DNA from: Octopus sinensis
Lineage: Eukaryota
DNA length: 64,000 bases
Assembly (NCBI RefSeq): GCF_006345805.1
Contig: NC_043001.1
Coordinates: 46,996,001-47,060,000 of the forward strand
Direction of reading: 5' to 3'
The position numbers and the translations under genes are program-made. Below, piece after piece: positions 51,290-64,000 of this stretch. Below the pieces are notes generated by a model. The model did no database searches, was not told the origin of the DNA, and worked only from the letters and a program-made list of their open reading frames with translations. Numbering within the stretch: position 1 is the first letter of the stretch; the number at the start of each line of letters is the position of its first letter.

Positions 51290-51790
51290 TGTGTTGGCTT
51301 TCTGTGCAACATTTTATGGCTGTTAGTCAATGTAATGTCACACACTCACTTCTGTTCCCACTCAGTGGTACCCTACACAGTGTTCAATATTTGGTGCAAG
51401 ACTGTCTCTCTTTCCTATCTATTTCTCTGTCTGGTGGGATGTCTGCCACCAGCAGAAAAGGCTCCGTCAGTGGGAAGTGTGCCACTGACGGAACAGCTTG
51501 AGGCCCCTTTCCGTGAGGAGGAGGAGGTGTTTGTTCTCCTTTATCACGAGGGAGGACCTGTGGGAGAATTTTTGGACGGCCTGGGCGACCGAGACTGTAG
51601 GTACTCAGACTGCATAGGCAGTCCAATATGGCCTCCGCAGGCGGCATAAAATTCTGTCAAGGCTCATGGCGACCTTTGACAAGAAAGAGTTTGCTTTCCT
51701 CTTCACGGGCCCCGACTTGTCGGTGCAGAGTTGTCAACTTGCTTGGGGGCTCCAATGAGGAGAATTGACCTTCACCTTATTGATTTGCAT
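51290..51790 (+). mobile_element. Possible L1/Tx1-type LINE 3' fragment
   Basis: GC-rich island with broken frames (EEEEVFVLL; QYGLRRRHKILSRLM..F); weak similarity only. Confidence 0.3.
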
Positions 51791-51967
51791 TGATATTTTT
51801 TTGAATTTTTGTTTGATATTTTGATTGTAAAGGAAAAATTGTATTCATGTGCTTGTTGGTCGGTGGGCGCCGATATCCCTCTCATCTTTATCATTATGTT
51901 TTCATTTCATCTCATTTTGTCTGCGTCCAGCCCACAAGCTTCTTACTCTTGTGGCAAATTATATGAA

Positions 51968-54505
<2,538 letters not shown>

Positions 54506-54513
54506 GCATAAAA

Positions 54514-54590
<77 letters not shown>

Positions 54591-55352
54591 CATACATACA
54601 TACATACATACATACATACATACATACATACATACATACATACGTATGTATGTATGTATGTATGTATGCTCATCGTTCATTTTGTCGTAGTTATTCGTTT
54701 TTCAGGTCGGACCTACTTAGGCTTGAGAGAGGTGTGCTTGGTATTTTTTTTTCTCACACCTGCAAAATTGTATGGCAATTTGTATAATTTGAACAACTGT
54801 TTTTGTAATTATTACAGCATAAAAAAAAAAGGAAAAGAAGCAAAAAGATTTCAAAAGATTTTTCGGAAACATCTGTGAAAGCTTTTTCTTTGTTAGTATT
54901 CTAAATTTTTTTCTCTCAGCCAACTTATATATATATAGAAATTTTCTCCACTTTTGATGTTTGCATTGTATAGGAGTTTAACGAGATGTTATTATGAGGT
55001 CTTAAATTCGATGACATATTTTATAACTAATTGCGTGTGTGAGTACATGTAAATATATACTTATATTATTTTTAGGAATTTAAATGTTATGGCCGGTCAC
55101 AGTGTGACATTGGTTACTCACCTGTAAAGTGCTTAAAAGTATAGGTGACTTTATAGCTGCTAAACCAATGGTCACTCCATGACAATCCATAACAGCTAAC
55201 TTCCTTAAAAATGTATTACTGTTCTAATGCTTTACAGTGTGTTGGGTAACGCTGCGATGGACTGACGTCCCGTCCAGCTGGGGGGAACACATACGCCACA
55301 GAAACCGGGAAACTGGGCCCATGAGCCTGGCTAGGCTTGAAAAGGGCGGAAG

Positions 55353-55688
55353 AAGCACCGCCTTTAGTCGAGGAAATCGATCCCAGGATTTATTCTTTCT
55401 ATCGGTCTCTTTTGCCGAACCACTAAGTTACGAGACGTAAACACACCAGCATCGGTTGTCAAGCGATGCTGGGGTGGGGGGCACAGACACACAAACACAC
55501 ATACATATATATATATATACATACATACGACGGGCTTCTTTCAGTTTTCGTCTGCCAAATCCACTCACAAGGTTTTGGTCGGCCCGAGGCTATAGTAGAA
55601 GACACTTGCTCAAGGTGCCACGCAGTGGGACTGAACCCGGAACCATGTGGTTGGTAAGTAGGCTATTTACCACACAGCCACTCCTGCG
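55353..55688 (-). mobile_element. SINE family A, complete young copy
   Basis: Head with B-box-like GGTTCAGTCCC, microsatellite and body; CpG-rich. Confidence 0.85.
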
Positions 55689-55744
55689 TCTCTCTCTCTC
55701 TCTCTATATATATATATAGTATTCGATTTGAGATAATATATACT

Positions 55745-56130
55745 TTGACTAGATCTACGGCTTGTGTTGAGTAACTAGACCCCATTCCTATATCGAAAGA
55801 ATCTTCCTTTCTGATCTACTCCAAAGTTTGCCATCGAAATCTACCATAATTCATCGTGCGGCTAATATAATTATATAATTTCTATCTCTGATCTAGATAA
55901 TTCCGAATTCGATATATCAAAAGTTAAGGCCTTATTCAGAAGAATAGGATTGATAGTTGAGTAATTGCTAGTTATATCTAGTTGTGTAAATTTACTATTT
56001 ATATCTCTAGTTCTTTAAACCATTCAAGTGAAAAATTATCTGAAGAGATGCATCTGCATTTATAATTCATGACAATTGTTTGCACATCATTTCACTTAGA
56101 AGGTACTGGTTCATGATGGGTCAAATCATA
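55745..56130 (-). mobile_element. Penelope-like RT core fragment
   Basis: FTQLDITSNYSTINPILLNKALTF../..FDGKLW../DSFDIGMGSSYSTQAVDLVKVY matches PLE RT FxQxDI..Y.SI..LL.KAL and FD..MGS. Confidence 0.8.
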
Positions 56131-56199
56131 GTTATGGTTTAACTTTGAAATGGAAACTACCGTTTTTAAAAGATCCTCATCAGTTCACATTTAAGCAGT

Positions 56200-56830
56200 G
56201 AAAGTGTGCACAACATAGCTTAATATTAAATTTCATTCCTTTAAAATGGATGAACTGAAAGTGTATATTCGGCATATGATGTTGTAGGAGTTTAAGAATG
56301 GAAAAATGCCACAGAAACAACGATAAAACTTGCAGTGTTTTTGACAAAGGCGTTATTACTGACGAGCAAATGCGAAATTGGTTTCCAAAGTTTCGTTCGG
56401 GAGATATGTCATTGAAAGATCAACTCAGACCAGGATCAACTCAAACTTCGATCAAGATGCCTCAAGAGAATTAGTGGGATTCAATTCTCGTAGAAGTAAG
56501 TAGGAATTAACAATTGACCTCAACACATCCCAATCCACCCTTTGCTGTCAAATGGAAAAGTCAGTAAGTTGACTTTTGTAGCCGCTACTTCTTTTAATCA
56601 CTATGTATAGCTGGCTAAAGTTGTAAACATTGCGTCTCTCTTTGATTCTAAAAGGGGATATGTGATCAATCAGCCTAACCTTAAAAGGGTCCTCCATTGC
56701 TCTGACTTATTTCTGCAAATGTGCCGCTCCGTTAGTGTTAATCGACACCACTTCTGCTTTATAGAACATGGCTACTGTGTTGCACTGGCAGTTCACAGGA
56801 CACTTATTGTAAACCTTCGTGGAATATTCT
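56200..56830 (+). mobile_element. Mariner transposase 5' remnant
   Basis: MDELKVYIRHMML*EFKNGK..EQMRNWFPKFRSGDMSLKDQLRPG. Confidence 0.8.
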
Positions 56831-56860
56831 GCCTCTGTCAGTGGCTTTGGGGAGATATCT

Positions 56861-56876
56861 ACATACATACATACAT

Positions 56877-56907
<31 letters not shown>

Positions 56908-57037
56908 TACATACATACATACATACATACATACATACATACATACATACATACATACATACATACATACATGTATGCATGCATGCGTACGTACGTACAT
57001 ACATACATACATACATACATACATACATACATACATA
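56861..57037. repeat. (CATA)n microsatellite
   Basis: Directly visible. Confidence 0.95.
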
Positions 57038-57247
57038 ATACATATACTACATATGTGGGGAATTCTGCTGTGGGTGTGTTTGTGGAGTTGTTGGCTAACT
57101 CCTCTTACATCGTTTTATCGATTTTGATGAAACTTGACACGTGAGTAGAACTCATGTCTGGAAACTTCATAGCATACTCAGATTGTTGAAAAAAAAAAAC
57201 CATATTAGGGCCCCTGGAAGGGATCCTTATACATATATATCTAATAT

Positions 57248-60100
57248 ATGTTTCAGATCCATAGAGGAGTGTGCTGAGAACACATGTTTCATAAATCCTG
57301 ATCTTTGTCTTGATGTCTAATCTCTTGTTCTTCCATACTCGTTTTGATGGCCTTCAAAAAGTTGTTGCTGCCTTCCCTATCCTGACGTTAATCTCACCAT
57401 CAAGTGAAGCAGTAGAGGAAATGGTAGACCCTAGATAGCAGAACCTGTCCATTGTCTCAAGCTCTTTGTCATCAAGCTTGATATAACCTTTCATTGTGCC
57501 CTCCTGAGTGAGGATGACTGTCCTCTTTACACTGATGACCAAACCGAAGGCCTTACATGCTGATGATAGGTGGTCCATCATTATTTGTAGAGTTAATTCA
57601 CTGTGAGCAACAGGTGCTGCATTGTCGGCGAAGAGAAAGTCTTATAGTTGCTCTATTGATCTTGGTCTTGGCCCGAAATCTAGAAAGATCAAAGAGTGAC
57701 CCATCAGTTCTCAAAAAAAAAAAAGGCAGACATCTCTCGGCGACTCTTGAAATGCATACTGCAGTAATACAGTAAAATAAATGCTGAAAAGGATTGGTGC
57801 TAAGACACAACCTTGTTTTACTCTGTTGTTGAAGCTATCTGATATTAAACCGTCAAAATGAATGGTGGCCTTCATGTCATCATGGAACGAAACAATGAGC
57901 TGCAGCAGTATTGGGGAATGGCCACATTTTCCAAGCACCATGTACAGTCCTGATCTGCTGACTGTATCAAATGCCTTTGTCAGATCGACAAATGCTATAT
58001 ATAGTCGTAATTGCTGCTCCCGGCATTTTTCTTGTAGTTGACGAATGGAGAAGATCATATCCATTGTTGAACGGTTAGATCTAAAACCACACTGGCTCTC
58101 TGGGAGTACTCTTTCTGCTAGCTTCTGAAGTCGTTTCAGAATGATCCTCGCAAAAGCTTTTCCAGTGATGCTCAGAAGTGAGATGCCTTTGTAGTTATTG
58201 CAATATCCCTTGTTCCCTTTATTTTTGTAGAGAGTGATGATCTTGGGATCTCTCATACCCTGTGTGAATTTTTACTTCCAATCAACATGTCTTTAATAAC
58301 TTATATAAATGTGGAAGGAGGGCATCTTTGTTCTCTTTCAACACTTCAGCAGGTATATTGTCATTTCCGGGTGCTTTTCCGCCTGCAAGTTCATCGATTG
58401 CAGTGGAGAGTTCTTCTTCCATTGGTGGTATATCAAGTTCTGTCATTTCAGGGAGCTGAGGAATGGCCTCATCAAACTGTCTATCAACATCTCGCTCCTT
58501 TGTGTACAATTGAGAGTAATGTCCCACTCATCTTTCCGTTTGTTTCTTCTTGTCCGTCAGCTGGTCATCTGTTGCTGACTTGAGGGGTGCCACTTTACTC
58601 ACTGTTGGTCTGATAGCAACTCTAATCTTCTCATACATTTTCCTGATGTTACCCAAGTCACTTGCCTGTTGAATTTCTAAGCATAATTTATCCCAGTAGT
58701 GGTTGGCATATTTTCTAGTTTCTTTTTGAAGTTTGGATTTTGCAGCATGTAGCTGTTGCTTTGTACTTTCAGTTGACTTTTTATTGTGCTTTATGAAGAT
58801 CTTGTGCTTTTTCTCAAGTAATGACATTAGTATTGATGCATTGGCTTCGATCCAGTCCTCCTTGGAAAATCGATACGTTCCAAATGCCCTCGACGCAGAA
58901 TCATATATTGCTGATTTCATGCTGTTCCACATGAGCTATCTAAGTTTTGGAGCTGTTCTTCAACATATTCTTGAAATTTGGTTTTCATCGCTAGATCTTG
59001 GGTGTTGTTTGAGTTGATCTTAGGTTTCTTTGGTTATTCGGCTCTTGGTGTTTTCTTTGTGACCTTGGCTATAACCAACAGATGATCTATGTTACAGTCT
59101 GCACTGTGGAAGGATCTTGTTTGCTTCACAGTGTTGACATCATTTTTCCTGACAATGACGAAAACAATCTGGTGCCAATGACCTGATCGTGGATGGCACC
59201 AAGAAACTTTATGCCGGTCTTTGCCATTGTAGGTGTTTGCAATGCACAGGTTGCTATTTGTGCAAAATTGTAAGAGTCTCTGGCCATTCTCATTGATTTT
59301 CCCCAGTCCAAACTATCCAAGGCAGTTGGGCCATGCTTGGTGATGAGCGCCTACTCTTATATTGAAATCGCCCATGAGAAAGAGTTGGTCTTTCCTTGGG
59401 ACACTGTTGATCACATCCTGAAGTTCCTCGTAGAACTGATCTTTCTTATTTTCTGCTGTTAGAATCGGAACACTGGCACTAATGAGATGGACGATTCCAG
59501 TTTTAGTCTCCATTTCCATGATAGTAATGCACTCAGAGGAGTACTGATCTTGTTCAGCAAGTTGTTGTGTGCTGCGAACCCCACACCATAGATTCTCCTC
59601 TCATCTTCCTCAAGACCCTTCCAGAAGAATATATGATTTCTTTCCCTAATGGAACCAGAGTCAGCAAGTCTTGTCTCTTGCAGGGCAGTGATATCTACAT
59701 TCAGCCGTGTGAGCTCCCTGTCAATGATTGCCGTTTTCCTGATGTCCTCTGTTTTATCCAGGTCGGTAATGCCCATTCCGGTTGTCATTGTTCTGCCATT
59801 CCAGGTCCCCAGATTCAATGGGGTCAATTTCAATTTTCTTCCTCTTTTGTTAGGTGCTGGGCTTTACGTCTGCTTTTCTGTTTTTGTCCTAGCTCCATAC
59901 ACCGTTAGCAGCGGACAGACGTGGTGGATCAGCACCTTACTGACTGGGGACTGCCCAGTTTAAGACGGGCGGTAGCTGACCAGTGCGATTGAATAATCAC
60001 TCCCATCGTCGAATATGACCCATGGCGACATACTGCTTCACCAAATAAGGATGCCTTATAGCCCGCAATCTGCCACTACCCTGTTGTTTCCCTTGCCTGT
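57248..60100 (-). mobile_element. RTE (BovB-like) LINE family B with 5' region, 3'-truncated and frameshifted
   Basis: LGTWNGRT..ALQETRL (APE); GDFNIRVG; ESQCGFRSNRSTMDMIF; DLTKAFDTVSR; KQGCVLAP; RTDGSLFDLSRFRAKTK; LSTLLYGSE. Confidence 0.92.
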
Positions 60101-60261
60101 TACAGCAAGGATGAAGTGTCCTCTCCATATGTTCTTTCTCTCTTTTTTTTTTGCAGTGTCCGCCCAGAAATTGCTCGTTTCTACCTCTCTTTCTTATTAC
60201 CATATTTTCATCCTGTCCACAAACAAAACTTTGCTTGTTCGTGGTGCGCCCGTCCTTTCCC

Positions 60262-60371
60262 ATCCCCACCACCAATACCGGATATTTCTATCTTCCCACC
60301 CCCACCACCAATACCGGATATTTCTATCTTCCCACCCCCACCACCAATACCGGATATCTCTATCTTCCCAC
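60262..60371. repeat. 3 x 36-bp tandem repeat
   Basis: ACCAATACCGGATAT recurs at 60271, 60307 and 60343. Confidence 0.9.
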
Positions 60372-60838
60372 GTTCTACACCGGATATCCCTTCCCCCACC
60401 ACCATTACCTGTATCGATTCTCCCATCCTCCTTCTCACTGGGCTGTTCTCCATATATTACTTTCACTTCTCTCTCTCCTAGGACAAATGCAACCTGCCCA
60501 GCAGCTCATCCACCCACTCACTTCACCGACTATCTTACGTTTCGTTCTGTCTAGAAATTTGTCACCACCCCTTCCAGTTATCTCTTCTCCCAATTCCCCC
60601 TCCTCACTGGTGCTGTTCCCTATATCACCTGCACTCTCTCTATCTCCCTCCCTCTCTTTATCTCTCTACTGAGACAAACGCAACCAGGTTATCTGCCCAC
60701 CTACTTAACCGGATATCTTTCGTTCCATTTTCATTCTGTATAGAAATACATCGACAACTACCCAGAAATTTCCATGGCCTTATGAAGTGGTATACTCGTT
60801 CCTGTGTGTGGGTGCGCTTGTGTATATATAAGAATGAG

Positions 60839-60874
<36 letters not shown>

Positions 60875-60999
60875 GAACCCTTCCCCGCTGGTGGTTATCT
60901 GCAATCTCCCTCTACTCGGACAAATACAACCAATTTCAGCTGACTCCCTCCTAACCTAACATTGGAATATTCATATTTTTGCTACTCCGCTTGAATCTA

Positions 61000-62045
61000 C
61001 ATTATTCGAGGACCATAGTGCTTATGCTTTCAACGCTGTTAACACCGACTCCTACCTCAGTAGGTGCAACAATCTTAACATGCCTGAATGCTTGAATGTT
61101 GTCAGGTCGGAAGCGAGAACAGATAAAGCATGCCTAAAAAACGAACACCACAACAACCCTCTTCTTTTCAGGCGCTGAATAACATCCCTCCTCCCCAAAC
61201 CTCACCCCACATTCCCTTCCCAGTTTTCAGAGTTGGTACTGTCAATGTTGGCACACTGAAAGGTAGGTCTAGCGAGATTGTAGAGATGCTTGAAAGGAGA
61301 CAGGTTGATGTATGCTGCATACTAGAGGTAAGATGGAGAGGAGCTTCAGCTAGGGCCTTCACAGGCAAGGCACATATGTATAAAGTCTTCTGGCAAGGTA
61401 ACATGGATGGTGTAGGGGGTGTAGGCATACTCCTCGCAGAGAAATGGGTGGATAAGGTCATAGAGGTTGTTAGGGTAGGTGATTGAGTATGAAGGAATCC
61501 GGGGTAGTGGTAGATCTAGGAAAACATGGGATGAAGTGGTCAAGCATACCTTCAAACGTTGGGCCTCACAGAGGCAATGAGGAAAGACCGAGACCTCTGG
61601 AGATATGCTGTGACTGTGAAGACCCGACAAATTAAATTAGTTCATGGCTCGCAGGACGGCCTGCTGTGCTTACATTGGATCGTAGGGCGACCTGCTGTGC
61701 TTGAGTCAAGTACATCAACATAAAAATAAAAATCAAATGGAAATTGTAGTTGTGATACCCATGCCGGTGGCACATAAAAAACACCATCCGAACGTGGTTG
61801 ATGCCAGCGCTGCCTTGACTGGCGTCCGTTCCGGTGGCACATAAAAAGCACCAACCGATCGTGAACGTTGCCAGCCTCCTCTGGCCCCTGTGCTGGTGAC
61901 ACGTAAAAAGTACCCACTACGTTAGGAAGGGCATCCAGCTGTAGAAACACTGCCAGATCAGATTGGAGCCTGGTGCAGCCTCCCGGCTCCCCAGACCCTC
62001 GTCAAACCGTCCAACTCATGCTAGCATGGAAAACGGACGTTAAAC

Positions 62046-62078
<33 letters not shown>
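61000..62078 (+). mobile_element. Internally deleted RTE family A copy (APE N-terminus fused to ORF C-terminus, 3' UTR and (GAT)n)
   Basis: RVGTVNVGTLKGR..VIEVVRVGD joins at ~61490 to EGIRGSGRSRKTWDEVVKH. Confidence 0.85.
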
Positions 62079-62134
<56 letters not shown>

Positions 62135-62151
62135 CTATATTATATATGTAT

Positions 62152-64000
62152 TATCATCATCATCATCATCATCATCGTTTAGCGTGGGTTGGACGGTTCA
62201 ACTGGGGTCTGGGAAGCCAGAAGGCTGCACCAGGCCCAGTCTGATCTGGCAATGTTTCTATGGCTGGATGCCCTTCTTAATGCCAACCACTCCGTGAGTG
62301 TAGTGGGTGCTTTTTACGTGCCACCGGCACAGGTGCCAGACGAGGCTGGCAAACGGCCACGATCGGATGGTGCTTTTTACGTGCCACTGGCACGAGGCCA
62401 GTTGTGGCGGCGCTGGCAACGGCCACGTTCGGATAGTTCTCTTACGTGCCACCGGCACTGGTATCACAGCTGCAATTTCCATTGATGTTGATCGATTTCG
62501 ATTCTCACTTGCCTCAACAGGTCTTCACAAGTAGAGTTTTGTGTCCCAAGAAGGGAAGGTATGCATAAGTGGACTGGCACATCCCGGGTTATGGTCTCAC
62601 TTGTCCTGCCGGGTCTTCTCATGCACAGCACACTTCCAAAGGTCTCGGTCTCTAGTCATTTCCTCAGTGAGACCTAAAGTTCGAAGGTCGTGCTTCACCA
62701 CCTCGTCCCAGAATTTCCTGGGTCTGCTTCTTCCACAGGTTCCCTCAACCGCGAGGGTATGGCACTTTTTCACACAACTATCTTCATCTATTCTCGCCAC
62801 ATGACCATACCAGCGCAAACGTCTCTCTTGCACACCACAACTGATGCTTCTTAGGTCCAGCTTTTCTCTCAAGGTACTTACACTCTGTTGAGTATAAACA
62901 CTGACATTACACATCCATCGGAGCATACTGGCTTCATTTCTTGCGAGCTTACGCATATCCTTAGCAGTCACGGCCCATGTTTCACTGCCATGTAGCATGG
63001 CTGTTCGAACACACGCGTCATACAGTCTGCCTTTTACTCTGAGCGTGAAGCCTTTTGTCACCAGCAGAGGTAAGAGCTCTCTGAACTTTGCCCAAGCTAT
63101 TCTTATTCTAGCAGTTACACTTTCAGCACACCCACCTACCCCCGCTACTGACTTGGTCACCTAGGTAACAGAAGCTATCAACTATTTCTAGTTTTTCTCC
63201 CTGGAATGTGGCAGAAATTGGTCTCAGAGCATTTTCAGTGTTTATTGCTCCTGAGCATCTGCCACATACAAAAACTATCTTCCTAGTTAGCCTTCCTTTG
63301 ACATTGCTGCACCTCTTATGTGTCCATAGCTTATACTTGGTGCATCTTATAGAGTTTCTACCTACACCTTTTCTACAGATTGGGCAGGGCCATCTACCTG
63401 AAGGCGTTTGTGATTTGTCTACCTTCCTACTTACTTATCAGACTTTGGTTTTAGCTAGATTGATTCTAAGGCCCTTCGATTCTAATCCTCTTCCCACCTG
63501 AAACTTCTCCTCCAGTTCTGATAGTGACTCAGCAATTAGAGCAAGGTCACAGCATCTTGAATTCCTCCGTTATTGCCTGGAGACTATGATAAATAGGAGG
63601 GGGCTGAGGACTGAGCCTTGGTGGACCCCTACCTCTACCCGGAATTCTTCACTGTACTCATTGCCAACCTTCACCTTACTAGCGGCGTCCCTGTACATGG
63701 CTCGCACAGCTCTCACTAACCATTTATCTATCCCTAGTTTCCTCATTGACCACCAGATAAGGGATCGGGCGACCCTGTCGAAGGCTTTCTCCATGTCAAC
63801 GAAAGCCAGGTACAGGGGCTTATCTTTGGCTAGGGATTTCTCCTGCAGCTGCCTTACCAGGAATATAGCATCAGTGGTACTTTTCCCTGGCACGAACCCA
63901 AACTGCATCTCATCTAAATTAACTCTCTCTCTAATTAGTTGGGCTATGACCCTCTTCGTGACCTTCATTACCTGATCCAACAGCTTGATACCTCTGTAAT
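62152..64000 (-). mobile_element. RTE family A copy running off the window
   Basis: DMEKAFDRV, GVHQGSVLSPLLF, LHGSETWAV, TRQDK*, then 3' UTR and tail. Confidence 0.92.

Noticed and set aside
60151-60672. Pro/Thr- or Trp-rich ORFs over the 36-bp repeat
   Set aside because: Low-complexity frames on both strands, with no splice or domain evidence.
61040-61115. HDV-like ribozyme at the RTE family A 5' end
   Set aside because: P2- and P3-like pairings exist, but P1 and the catalytic J4/2 strand could not be built.

Overview
Eukaryotic, AT-rich, repeat-dominated DNA. The repeat families and zinc-finger style suggest an Octopus-like cephalopod; this is inference, with no database check. Two host genes are supported. 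(1) A single-exon C2H2 zinc-finger CDS with 18 fingers (7060-8832, +). (2) A multi-exon gene absent from the ORF track, reconstructed by hand from splice sites: exons 23952-23993, 31709-31957, 38796-38896, 39968-40130 and 42702-42820, with a possible first coding exon at 15831-15852. It encodes a ~231-aa protein with two Ig-like domains and a GPI-type tail. The rest is layered mobile DNA: two RTE LINE families (one with a PHD finger inside its RT), an R4/Dong-type LINE, CR1-type fragments, Penelope-like fragments, mariner/maT/Tigger/hAT remnants, two end-complete non-autonomous Helitrons, MITEs, SINEs and microsatellites. The best leads are the atypical Ig/GPI gene, a ~760-bp array dense in STAT-type and NF-kB-type motifs, a minimal Penelope-type hammerhead ribozyme in the loop of a 51-bp hairpin, and a 35-bp copy of the ZNF gene's own finger 7 inserted 3 kb upstream between 11-bp direct repeats. 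Most short ORFs in the supplied track are microsatellite or antisense artefacts. Boundaries of decayed elements are approximate and all translations were done by hand.
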